This document shows positions 1-11,100 of a DNA stretch of 32,000 bases, one piece after another. Both the position numbers and the translations under genes were made by a program. The notes beneath the pieces were generated by a model that was given only the letters and a program-made list of their open reading frames with translations, made no database searches and had not been told where the DNA came from. Numbering within the stretch: the first letter of the stretch is position 1; the number at the start of each line of letters is the position of its first letter. Source of the stretch: an archaeon (GTDB lineage Archaea > Iainarchaeota > Iainarchaeia > Iainarchaeales > CSSED10-239); assembly GCA_041657425.1 (NCBI GenBank), contig JBBABY010000004.1:69789-101788 (forward strand), read 5' to 3'.

Positions 1-3000
1 TTTGGTTCTAAAGTTACGCCTTGAGAATTACTTGTAATCTTTATATATTCTGATTCTATATTTGATTTTACATTTGTAATTGTTAATGGTAACACTGTAT
101 TATTCATTAAAATAATATTTGATTTATCTGAATAAGCTTTTGATATATCTAATTGTATCTCTAACTTTTCAGGAATTGTAGAAATTAAATTTTCTGTAAC
201 TAAAAGTTTAGTTGTGCTTGTTCTATACCCTTGTTTTCTTACTGTTATTTCAACTGTATCATTTACATTTGTGGAAGGAAGAGTGAAAACATATGCTCCT
301 TCTTTATTGGTTTTTCCATCAATTATAGGTTTTGTATTTATTCTTACAAATACACTTGCATCAACTAAATTTAAATTGGTGTCACCAGTTACTCCAACAA
401 CCATTACGTTTGGAATATATGGCACAATTGTTTTTGGTAAAATATCAACAGTCAATTGTTTTGAAGGTTTTAAATCAAATAATATCTTCTTTGCAAATAT
501 TGTGTCTCCATTTGAAAGAATAGTTATTGTTAATTCATCACTAATATCATTTACTACACTTAAATCAACTTCTCCATTAACTGTTCCGTTTGCTAAAATA
601 TTTCCTAAAGGAATGTTTGAGAAATCAGTATCAGTTATTGGATAATCTCCACCTGAAGTTATTGTATAACTATTTAATTTAATTGTTTGACCTGCAGTTG
701 TTATTATCATTACTGCATCTGTTGCTGGTTTTTGTAAATTTAATCTAAAGTTAAATTTATAATCTGTTCCGTCTTTTGCTGTAAACTTATCAATTACTCT
801 TTTTTCTAAACCAGTTGTTTTTTCTTTAAATGAAAATGAATAGCAAACTCCATTGTCACAACCTGTTGAATCTCCAACAGAGATTGCTAATTTTTTTGCA
901 TAAGCATAAAGTGCTTGCTTATTTACTGAACTTACGCTTGTTCCTAAAACATTATCTTGCGGATTTCTTAAAACTGAAGAACCTTGTTGATATTCTGCTC
1001 TAAAGAAAATTGCTTGATTTGAAGTTGCGGTGTCTGTTACAACAATATCTGCATCAATAATATATGACCCTTCTAAAGGGTTATCGATTGTTACATTAAA
1101 CCACTTTGCATCTTTTCTTACAATTGAAATTAAATCTTTTGATTCTCCAAGACAAGGAGTGTAATTTATAGATCCAAGAACTTTACTTCCTGCATATCTT
1201 ATTTGTTTAATATAAACTGAATCTTCTGAAACGGAATGTGTTTTACTATCACAAATCTCTCCTTCTCCTGTTCTTATATGCGCTACTGCTTTTAAATATT
1301 TTTTATCTACATTTAAAATAAATCTTGCAGTTGCTGATTGCCCAGGACCAACGCTAGTTAATTGATCTCCATTACTTGCAAAATATCCTATAAATTCTAT
1401 ATTTGCGGAACTTGAAATACTTGTTGGGATTACAATTGTTTCTTGTAACATGCTTTCTGCATCTACTGAATATTGCTTAGAAATAATTCTTGTTCCATCT
1501 TCTTTTTCTATTACAAAATATACTGACTTGTCTGCTCTTACAGGAATCACTGCAAGACCTGTTTCATTTGTCTCTGTTGTTTTTTCGGGCATTTCTTTAT
1601 TTTTAGAAGCATCATAAACTTTTATTGTTGCTTGTACTGGTGTTCCGTCTGCTTCAATAATTGTTAAATTATAAGTACCTTGACCAATTGCAACTACTAC
1701 GGAAAGATCAGTTGCTTCTCTTTCTTTAACAATAAAATTATTTGACTTGCCTGAAAATTCTCCAGTTATTGCTTCTGCAAAATAAGTGGTGTTGGGATCT
1801 AAATTTGAAATTGTGATTCTGCCATAAACGTCTGTTGTTACAATCTTAACAACACTATTATCTAAAGCATCCCAAATTTTTACTGTTGCATACTCTATTG
1901 GTTGCACATCTTTATCTACGACTCCAACATTAAGAACGCCGGTTGTTGATTGTTCCATACTTTTTAATTGTATTTCTAAAATGTTTGCAGAAATACTTAT
2001 TGTTTGAGTTGATAATAAATATCCATCTTTATCTAATGTTAAAGAATAAGAAACATTTTCTTTAATTGCAAATTGTACATACCCAGTTTCATCTGTTAAT
2101 TTTGTATCTATTATTGCTGCATTCTTTGATAACTTTGCAGTTACTCCTTCTAAATAATTTCCTGTTGTTTTGTCTTTAACTTTTATTTTTATAAAACCAA
2201 CAACATCTTTCTTTAATTTTATTTCTTGAGAATTTAACCCATTAGTAATTTGCTTTGCAACTAATGTCCCGTTTTGATAATCTAATTCTGAGACTCCTGA
2301 ATAAATACCAATTGGATCAGAAATTATTATTTTATATTGCTTTGAAACTACCACTAATTCTGAGGTGAAAATTCCATTTTGATTTGTTTGACCATCTTGT
2401 ACTTTCTTTCCGAATATATCATAAATTGTTACTGACATATTTGGAAGTGGTGGATTTGGTAAATCTTTATCTTTAACAGTTACTATTAATGTCGCGTAAT
2501 TATTATTTTCACTAAATGTTATTTCTCCTGTTGTCCCAATATCTGAAATATTTACTTCGTAATCGTTTCTTCCTGCGACATATACTTCTAAACTTCCACA
2601 GTTCTTTGGAACATTATTTAAAGTATATTCTCCAGATGTTACTATTACTTCTTTTTCAAAATCATTAGTTGTACAACTAAATGTAACATCTAATTCAGAA
2701 GTTAATAATGAACCTGACTGTGTCTTGAATGAAATTGTTTTTGTGGTTGTGTTTTGTGTTCTTTCTAAATTTACTAAATATCCACCTTCTTTTTCTGGAA
2801 TTATTGAAATGAATTCTTGATTATTTGTTAACATATATACACTATCGACTAATTTCAAATCATAGATTTTTGTTTTATCTAGGCCTTCTAAATAAACATA
2901 TCCATCTTTGTCGGTTAACAAATTACGTGGTTGATCATCTAGTGTTGCTTTAAGAGCAATTTCAGAAAGTGAATTTGAAGTATCATCTACAAATCTTATT

Positions 3001-3224
3001 GTAGTTCCATTTGGTTGATCTTTAATTACAAATGAGGTTAATAATAAGAAAATTATTAATGCAAAAAGTGCAAGAATTATTACTGAAAATATAGGAAATG
3101 TTGGAATTCCATTTTTTTCTAAAGGATCAACTAACTTATATAAGTTAATTCCTTTTTCTTCAAGATTATCAAGCATCTCGAAATACTTGTCTTCTAGATT
3201 ATAATAGAATTCTTTTAAACCCAT
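1..3224 (-). CDS. Giant N-terminally anchored surface protein, paralog 2. Only the 5' part is in the window (>1074 aa); the C-terminus lies beyond the left edge.
   Basis: Absent from the ORF track because it runs off the edge. Manual minus-strand translation from the ATG at 3222-3224 gives MGLKEFYYNLEDKYFEMLDNLEEKGINLYKLVDPLEKNGIPTFPIFSVIILALFALIIFLLLTSFVIKDQ... and I read it open down to position 1 (...ITSNSQGVTLEP). The N-terminal motif plus TM helix (about 3024..3107) is homologous to that of 5165..14026. It is followed by ~85-90 aa beta-sandwich repeats with the TDxxGY/F...L pattern (CarboxypepD_reg/PEGA-like), then a block collinear with the big paralog (828..1004 vs 11513..11692). Confidence 0.8.
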   Translation of the reverse strand, partial: MGLKEFYYNLEDKYFEMLDNLEEKGINLYKLVDPLEKNGIPTFPIFSVIILALFALIIFLLLTSFVIKDQPNGTTIRFVDDTSNSLSEIALKATLDDQPRNLLTDKDGYVYLEGLDKTKIYDLKLVDSVYMLTNNQEFISIIPEKEGGYLVNLERTQNTTTKTISFKTQSGSLLTSELDVTFSCTTNDFEKEVIVTSGEYTLNNVPKNCGSLEVYVAGRNDYEVNISDIGTTGEITFSENNNYATLIVTVKDKDLPNPPLPNMSVTIYDIFGKKVQDGQTNQNGIFTSELVVVSKQYKIIISDPIGIYSGVSELDYQNGTLVAKQITNGLNSQEIKLKKDVVGFIKIKVKDKTTGNYLEGVTAKLSKNAAIIDTKLTDETGYVQFAIKENVSYSLTLDKDGYLLSTQTISISANILEIQLKSMEQSTTGVLNVGVVDKDVQPIEYATVKIWDALDNSVVKIVTTDVYGRITISNLDPNTTYFAEAITGEFSGKSNNFIVKEREATDLSVVVAIGQGTYNLTIIEADGTPVQATIKVYDASKNKEMPEKTTETNETGLAVIPVRADKSVYFVIEKEDGTRIISKQYSVDAESMLQETIVIPTSISSSANIEFIGYFASNGDQLTSVGPGQSATARFILNVDKKYLKAVAHIRTGEGEICDSKTHSVSEDSVYIKQIRYAGSKVLGSINYTPCLGESKDLISIVRKDAKWFNVTIDNPLEGSYIIDADIVVTDTATSNQAIFFRAEYQQGSSVLRNPQDNVLGTSVSSVNKQALYAYAKKLAISVGDSTGCDNGVCYSFSFKEKTTGLEKRVIDKFTAKDGTDYKFNFRLNLQKPATDAVMIITTAGQTIKLNSYTITSGGDYPITDTDFSNIPLGNILANGTVNGEVDLSVVNDISDELTITILSNGDTIFAKKILFDLKPSKQLTVDILPKTIVPYIPNVMVVGVTGDTNLNLVDASVFVRINTKPIIDGKTNKEGAYVFTLPSTNVNDTVEITVRKQGYRTSTTKLLVTENLISTIPEKLEIQLDISKAYSDKSNIILMNNTVLPLTITNVKSNIESEYIKITSNSQGVTLEP

Positions 3225-3370
3225 TTTTGAAAACCTTTGTTCATTTATTATTGAAATTAATATATTATATATATTATATCACTAACAATTGTTTATAAAT
3301 ATTGCTTTTTCTATATAATATACTAATTGCTCAAAATGTTTATAAATTAATACTAATTAACTGGTAGAAG

Positions 3371-5098
3371 TTACTCGTTTGGGGGGGTGCAAGGCGAACC
3401 TCCACCTGGCGCAACATAATTTTGACATTTCCAAGCATTTCCTGTAAAATCGACATTCCCTAAACTTGTTGGCCCTAAATAATTATTACCAGTTACTGAT
3501 AACTCGCTCCAAACCCCATTTGGTGGGAAATAAAAAGGCGTATATCTGTCTTCTAAAACTACATTTATTGTTACAGGAAGATTTTGATATTGCTTTCTCA
3601 CTCTGTATCTTGGGTCCGTCTCTATAAATTGTAAGATGATTTTCGCGAAATCCATTTCTGAACAACTGAGATCATAGGACGCGCCTGTTGCTTCACCAGT
3701 AGCTACAATTGGTGGAGATAGATTTGTATTTGCATTATACCAAGTAAATAATCCTGGCATTTCCCAAAGCATTTTAGATCTTTGGGTTTCTGAATTTAGA
3801 AATAAACCAAGACCTCCTGAAACTCCTGACATATCTGATAACTCTGAAAATCTAGTTTGACTAAAACTTGCAGGTGCAGGTCCCGGAGCGTCCCCAAAAA
3901 CGTCTTTGGTTCGTTTTTTATCCATAATTACTTCTACTCCAAAAATATTTAAATCGGAAACTGTGTCGCCTTGCATAACTAAACCGTTATTGTAAGTCAT
4001 TGGGTCTATTCTTGAAGAAATGTTTTCATTTAAAACTGCAGTGTATAGTTTTTCAAATTGCGATTTTGGATCAGAAGTATCAAATAAATTATAGTTGCCA
4101 AAAGGTGGGAAAACTACTCCGGAAAGTGCTGCAGGAGTTGGAGTTGCAATTGTTTGATCGGGAATGTTTTGGCATTGAGAAGCAATTCCTGTAGTTGCTG
4201 GGGTTGCAAAGAAATCTGTTCTTGGTGCACAAGTGCCTGGATCACAAAAACCAAGTCTTGCTTGTTCCAGAGTATTATGAATTTCTGGATTGAATAATCC
4301 TGTGTCGCTTTCTGCAACTGCCGGGTTATCTGATCTTTCTGCATCACGACTATGAGCAATATTTCTTGCAACTCTAAATGCTTGAAAACCACGCCATGGC
4401 ATGTATATCTTGTATATCTGTCTGCTTAGAACTGGTCTTTGAATAACTTGATTACTTTTATATTTTAAAACTGTGACCACTGGTAAGATTTCATAATCTA
4501 CATCAGAAAGCTGCGTAGTATCAAGTGTTAAATAAAATGAACCAACGCAATTATTATCATCAGTTTCACAATCAATAACATCAATTTTCTTTCCACCGTC
4601 TTCAAACATTTTCACAACAACATTTTCAAAAGTGTTTTCGTCATCTATGTCTGTTGGATCTCCATTTGAGCCAACCTCATACCCCGTGTGTTCTTCAATT
4701 GTAATATTATACCCTGGAGGATTTTCTGAATATTGAAGATTAAATATTAATCCTTGAGCAAAGTAAGATGCAAAGTTTTGTTCAAAGAATGTGTCTTGAA
4801 CAAAACTATCTACAAAATAATTCCAATTTTGATCCATTTGTTTTCTAGTTAAATTAAACGAAGTTTTTGATTTACTTAATTCCCATTGCGATCTTAAGAC
4901 AATTAAAAATGTATTAAAAGCATCTGCTCTTGCAATATCTCCTACAGTCATCAAGTCGGACATTGATGATTGATCTTGAATAAGAGAGAGATATGTTTCT
5001 TCTGTATTTATCATATTAAAAATAAGAGCTAGAGATATAGATACAAGTAGCAAAGAAATTAATGCAGTAAATAAGGTAAATCCTTTTTGTGATTTCAT
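3371..5098 (-). CDS. Large (575 aa) secreted protein with a class III (type IV prepilin-like) signal peptide. Candidate pilin-like, tip-adhesin or bindosome-like surface subunit.
   Basis: The N-terminus MKSQKG/FTLFTALISLLLVSISLALIFNMI has a short basic leader, Gly at -1, then a ~24-aa hydrophobic helix. This is the prepilin peptidase (PibD/EppA/FlaK-type) substrate pattern, but with Thr rather than the bacterial Glu at +5. The remaining ~545 aa has no motif I recognise. Paired Cys are present (CDPGTC, CQNYVAPGGGSPC). Confidence 0.7.
   Translation of the reverse strand: MKSQKGFTLFTALISLLLVSISLALIFNMINTEETYLSLIQDQSSMSDLMTVGDIARADAFNTFLIVLRSQWELSKSKTSFNLTRKQMDQNWNYFVDSFVQDTFFEQNFASYFAQGLIFNLQYSENPPGYNITIEEHTGYEVGSNGDPTDIDDENTFENVVVKMFEDGGKKIDVIDCETDDNNCVGSFYLTLDTTQLSDVDYEILPVVTVLKYKSNQVIQRPVLSRQIYKIYMPWRGFQAFRVARNIAHSRDAERSDNPAVAESDTGLFNPEIHNTLEQARLGFCDPGTCAPRTDFFATPATTGIASQCQNIPDQTIATPTPAALSGVVFPPFGNYNLFDTSDPKSQFEKLYTAVLNENISSRIDPMTYNNGLVMQGDTVSDLNIFGVEVIMDKKRTKDVFGDAPGPAPASFSQTRFSELSDMSGVSGGLGLFLNSETQRSKMLWEMPGLFTWYNANTNLSPPIVATGEATGASYDLSCSEMDFAKIILQFIETDPRYRVRKQYQNLPVTINVVLEDRYTPFYFPPNGVWSELSVTGNNYLGPTSLGNVDFTGNAWKCQNYVAPGGGSPCTPPNE
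5009..5098 (-). other. Class III signal peptide / pilin-like N-terminal helix of the 575-aa protein
   Basis: aa 1-30, MKSQKGFTLFTALISLLLVSISLALIFNMI. The predicted cleavage site is after KG. Confidence 0.6.
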
Positions 5099-5137
5099 AA
5101 TATTTATTTCTTATTTATTATATAATAGATAATAAGA

Positions 5138-5160
5138 ATAAAAGAAAAAGGTTTAAAAAA
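5138..5160 (-). terminator. Oligo-T tracts immediately 3' of the giant gene (archaeal-style terminator)
   Basis: The minus strand reads CCCTTTTTTAAACCTTTTTCTTTT directly after the stop codon at 5165-5167. Confidence 0.35.
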
Positions 5161-5164
5161 GGGT

Positions 5165-8100
5165 TTATGCAACCTTTGGAATTGCATAATCATCATAAAG
5201 AGCATAACCACTTGATGGAATTACTACTTCACAAATTCTATTTATTTTTACGTCATGAGTAAATCTACTATTTAATGGTTCAAACTCAATATTTGGACCA
5301 AATTGATGAATTACATAATCGATTCCATCTTTTTTCCCAACATATAATATTGCATGTGATGGTTTTACACAATCTATCCCTTTTGTTATTCCAATTGTTA
5401 TAATTGCTCCAGGAACTAAATTTTTCTCGAAATCAACAATACTATCTGTTTTTGCGTCCCAAACTACTTTATTATTTTTTCCAAGTTCCCATGCATCTCC
5501 ATTTACATATTGTCCAATTCCAGGATAATTTTTTTCTGCAACTTGCTGTGCAAATGTAGAACAATAATCTGCAGAAATTGCAGAAACATCTTCACATGCA
5601 GATTTTGCAGGAGCTTTTGGAAATTTACAAGATTCATAACTTTGTAATTTCGGTTCTTTCTCGTTATACATATTTACTTGTATTTGTAATAAATCTGCAG
5701 AGACTTCTACTGCTGAACCTGGAGTTTCTGGATCTGTTACTGTTGAACCAGGATTTTCTGAATCTGTTTTTTCAGTTGTGTCTTCTGGAGTTTTTTGTGG
5801 AGGAGTTCCTTGTAATAATTCTTCTCTATGTTCAGAAGTTAATATTTCTTTTATTTCTTTATTATTTTCATAAACTATTTTATTATCTTCTGCAATAGAT
5901 GGAATTTCATTAACTATTTTAAAGTTAAAATTATTAGTTTTTTTATCAATCTCAACTTTATACCATGTTCCGTTTCTAAATTCAGTAATTGGCATCGAAC
6001 TATCTGCTCCATATGCTAAACCATTATACTGCCCAGTCTCTGCAGAATATTCTAGTAATCTATTTCCTAAATAATTAGATAACACAACAACTCCAATATC
6101 TAAACCAATTTTTCCTGTGGTTCTACCGAATTTAGTCCATTTAGTTACCCCGGCAGATGCTAACCCTTTTGCAGATAATTTAACTTCATCTATGTTTTTT
6201 ACAAGATCATCAGTTACATCATATAATCCTGCGGTATTTTTTGGACCCGCTTTTATATTTTCTAAACTATTTATAGTATTTTCAGCACCTTCTTTTGATT
6301 TCGTAAATGCATCTATTTCATTATCTAATATTTTTAGTTTCTTTGTTTTATTTATCTTTGAAGAACTCCATCCACTCTTTTCTAATTTTGCTTTTGCAGC
6401 AAGTGATTTTTCTAATTGGTCTTCAGCTAATTTCTGAGTACCTTTTGCTTCTCTTAAATAATCATCAACAGTTTCTGCAGATAAAGTTTTAGGAATTGTA
6501 GTTGTGATTGTTGATGGTGGTGCAAGATTAGTTCCTAACAATTTATCTACATCATCAATTGCAGAATTTATTTTTGGTGCATCAGTTGTTATTTGTTTAG
6601 TTAATACATCATCTAATTGATATTCAGTTGGTGACTTTAGGGTTGCACCACTTTTCATATTTGTTTTAAGTGTATCTATGTCTGTAATTGCGCTTGTTGT
6701 TTTTGTTTGTGCTGTAATTAAATCATCATAAACTTGATCTGTTCCTGCTGCTGGTGGCGTTGGATAATCTGCTTTTATCTTTGCATCTATTGTTTTTAAA
6801 TGAGTATCTAGTGCTGCTTTAGAATCATCTGTTGCTTTTACCAAATCATCAAAATTTCTTTTGGGCATTATGTTTGTTGTTGATGTTCCACCTGATTTTG
6901 TAAATTGATTTAATCTATCAGTGAATAACTTTTTATCTGGCGTAATCCAATTCCCTGGGGTATCATAACTTCCAGTAGTAATTATTCTTTCAAATTCTGT
7001 TAATTCTGCATTAGATAATGCATTAAATTTAATCATATCTAATTTCCCAGAAGTTGTTATTTTACTAAATAGGCTTCTAACTGCAGCGTCATCTGACATT
7101 CCTGTGGCTACATTAACTCCTGGAGCAAATCTAATATCTGTTGGTGCAACATATGGTGCGCCTGTAGGTTGACTCACATAATTTTGAAGATACCTGTATT
7201 GATTATTTAATTGTCCTTCAAATAATACTTGTGTAGATGGTGTAAGCCCTTTTGTTGTGGTTGTTGTTGTTGAACTTATTCCTGTTGCATTTATTTTTGT
7301 TGTTGTTGGATATGTTGGATTTGGATTTGGGGTAGTTTGAGTAATCGGATCTAAATCTGCACCCATAATTTTATCTGAAATTGCTATTCTGTCTGCAGCG
7401 GGTTTATTTTCTACTATACTTGCACCTACTGGCCCTGCAACCATTGCAACATTTTTTGGAGAAAATACTTTCCCAATTAATTCTCCAACATCGCCAGTGA
7501 TTTCTTTTGTAAATCCTTTAATTATTTCCCAAATTGGAATTTTTATTTCGGTCTCTTCTAGATACATTGCTCCTGCAGGAAGACCACAACCTGGTGCACA
7601 ATTCCAAGCAATGTCTGAAATAATTTTTGCTTGGCCTAAAATTGGTAATAAATTCCAAAGAGTATCTACTCCAGCAGTTGCTAATGCACAAGGAGTTAAA
7701 CATCCTGCTAAAAATGTGCCAGCTCTTTTTGCGGCTCTATCATTATTTGCTTTTATTTCTGATTTAGTTTTTTCAAAGTCACATGCCTCTGGTTTCTTGA
7801 AAATGGTTAGTTTGTCTCCAACGTTTTTATTGTATTTTTCTAAAGTGCTACAATATGCTTCTTTGTCTTCTTTATTGTACGCTTTATCCCAATCTACATA
7901 TGCATAGAAATTACTTTCAGTTTTTGCTTTGTCTTTTCCTAATACTTCCATTTCCTTTTGAGTTTGTTTTAGAAGGTCTTGAGGGGTTATTCCATAGTTT
8001 AATAATGTAATATTTGTGTCGCTTTTTCTTATTGAATTAATTTTACCAACTGTTGAATATTTGCTTTCTGCAGTTATTACTAATTGCTTATTACTCCAGT

Positions 8101-11100
8101 TTGCAATTTCTGAAATGTCTCCTTGTATACAAATATTAAAGTCTGTACCTTTGTCTTTTTCTAAAATCATTGAAAAAGTATTTTCTGATTCTTTTCCTTG
8201 GTAATTAAATTTAGTTTTTACTCCAGGTAATTCTTGAGTTTTAATTTCTATTTGCTCAGTAATTGCAGAAGTTGCGGTTACTACTGTACAGGTACTTGTT
8301 GGAAGTAACTGAAGCTTATCTGTTTTTGCTTTTAGACTTAATGCCCCAAAGTCTTTATCAAAAGATAAAATTAACATATAATTCCTATCTTTAGAAATAC
8401 AAATGTCTGCGGGATTACCTTCGATTATGTTTTTAATATCCTTTGCTGTTTGATTAATAAATTCGCTTGGATAATTAACGTCTTCATTTTCTGTGGGTAT
8501 TCCAAACTTATTATTTATAATTACATTTATTGTTTCTGCTTGAGGATCTTTTGGTTCTCCAGGATTCTTAAAATAAAGTTTAGCAATTGCTGTTTTATCT
8601 TCAGCAATTTCTCCAACAGAAATATTTAATTGACTAAATTTCTTTTGTTCATTTGTCTTTAATTGGAATCTGTCTTCTGTATTAAATACGCCTTTTGAAA
8701 CTGGAAGACCGAAATCTTTATCCCCACTAATTACTGTTAACCATGTGTCTCTTGTATTTGTTTTAGAAAGTGCATTATCTATATCTTTTGGCAAATACAT
8801 CCTTATATTTTCTATACTCTTCTTACATTGTTCAGTTTTATTTGCATCAATTGTTACAAAGAAATATGCATTTTCTGCATCAAGTTTTGTTTGGCCTTTT
8901 GTTGCAACTGACCCGTCAATTGTTATCTTATATCTTCCACAACCATTTATTTTATTATCAATATGTATTACCACTCCGCCAGCTATTGAAAGCCCGCCTG
9001 TTGTTGCCCCAACATTTGGCCTTACCATAGCCCCTTTTATTGTTGGAAACTTTGTTGCTTCTTTATTGTTTTGAAGCACAGATAAAACTGTATTATCTGA
9101 TAATGAATCATTCTGAACATATAATGGAATATTTCTAAACTTTGCTAATTGCTCAGAAGTTAATAACTCTGAAATTGGACAACTGCCATTTATTGCAGAA
9201 GTCATAGAACAATTTGTTTGATCTACTTCGTCAGCAACTTGTCTTGATGCATTTATTACCATTGTATGCATTTCTTGTATTTTCTCAGCAATGAACTCTG
9301 CAGCATTAGAACTATCACAATATCCTTCTTGTTTACAATCTGTAACAATTATTGGGAATGTAAAATTTGCAGTTTCGCTATCACTATCTGCTGCTTCTCC
9401 ACAAATTTTTACACTTACATCTTCTTCTACTCTTTTAAAATCTGCTGTAATATCTGGATTTATTTCTTCAACTTCTAGTGAAAACGAAAGTCTATCAGAA
9501 GTTACAACACTTCCAGGAGTATTGTTTAATGGCGCGCCAATTAATCTTAATGATTGATCTATTTTTGCAGGGAAATATTCCAGAGGTTTTACTTTTAGAA
9601 TATATGGAACCGTTTGACCTGAAGCAATAAACCCTGTAGGACTCTGAGGAATCAACCATAATTGAGTATTTTTTCCAAATGCTTGATCATAAAGATTAGG
9701 AGAAATATTTGCACTAGGGTCAAATGTAATATAACCAACTGGATCAGCACATTGATTTGTAACATTGATTAACTTAGATTTTTCTTCTCCAACTTTTGCA
9801 TAGATGTATATTTTCTTTTGATCAACTTTTAAACACCCAGCTGATGAAAATCTAAAGTCTACAGTGAATCTTGCTTCTATTGGTTCCTTAACCCCTTTTG
9901 CATCTGCTGTAACTTTATAGTAGAGTGTTGCATAAGTTGCTTTATCTACTTTTCCTTCATATCTTATAATTATTTTTTTTGATTGACCAGGTTTTATTTC
10001 TTCAAAACTTATAGGTTCAATTTTGTCTTGGATATTTGAAGGTAGTTTTTCTTCAAATCTTGAAATCTGTATATTTTTTACTGGATATTTACCATTATTC
10101 TTTAATAAAAACATTGTTTGATTTGCAGCAGGCGTTACATCCATTTCTTGAGTTAATGAAACTAAAGATAGTGGAGGAGACACACTAATAGTTTTTGAGA
10201 AATCAACTAAATCTAAATTAAGTTTTGTGTTCTCTAAAGCATAATATGAGTTTCTCCAGGCAATTTCAAATGCGTAACTCTTTGTTGATTTTCTTTCTTT
10301 ATTATTTCTTATTGTTATTGTATAATCTGTTATTTCTTCATTAGGTTCAATTGTTATTGTTGGAAGATCAATTTCTATATTTTCGTCTTTCTTAATTGTT
10401 GTGCCTTTTGCTTTTAATAATTCTGGAGTGATTATTAATGACTTTGAACAATTATTTACGATTGTCGCAGTTATTTCATTTTCTGAACCTTCACTTATTC
10501 CAACATAAGCATAGATTGCTAATGGTTTGATTTCTAGACAATCGTTCTTTACTATTCCTCTATAATAATTAATAGTTATCTCTTTAGCTACTTGCTTGTT
10601 TCCTACAAAACCATAAATGGTTAAAATTGATTTCCCTGTTTTGAAATTTATCTTTGGATCCACTGTTGAAAAGATTTCTATAACTTCTGGAGCGCCAGGA
10701 TTTAATGCAATTGGTAATTGTGTTTCTGTTGTTAGTCCAATTACTTTATCTATCTCTGTTATCGTGTATGTTAAATCTTTAACTTGTATGCTTCCTTTGT
10801 TAACAAGAGTTATCTTCTCTGACTCTTGACTAATGCTTTCTCCAAAACTTATATCTATACTATCTGGTGCGTAGATTAAACCGGTGTCTGCAATTGTTAA
10901 TTGTTTTGTAAATGAAATATAACCTGGAGCACTAACTTCCATATTTGGTTTTGCACTTGAGAAGTTTTGATTAATAATATATTTTCCGTTCTTTCCTGTT
11001 TTTGTACTGGAAATCGTATCTCCGAACTCGTCTGTTAATTTTACTAATGCATTATTAATTGCAGTTTTGTTATCTGCATCTTGTACATCTATAATTATTG

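Noticed and set aside
214-645. Plus-strand ORFs of 143 aa and 63 aa (214..645, 332..523) from the supplied track
   Set aside because: They lie antisense to the long open minus-strand frame of giant paralog 2 (<1..3224). Their sequence is low-complexity and hydrophobic with no start context, which is typical of shadow ORFs in AT-rich coding DNA.
3371-3520. Possibility that the surface proteins are targets of a diversity-generating retroelement, as is common for DPANN/CPR surface proteins
   Set aside because: The window contains no reverse transcriptase gene. I could not find a template/variable repeat pair or an Asn-codon-rich C-terminal variable region. The idea cannot be excluded for parts of the genome outside the window.
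4000-4392. ORFs at 4000..4194 (+) and 4114..4392 (-) inside the pilin-like gene
   Set aside because: They are embedded out of frame or antisense in the 575-aa ORF, which has a coherent signal peptide and length. There is no independent support for them.
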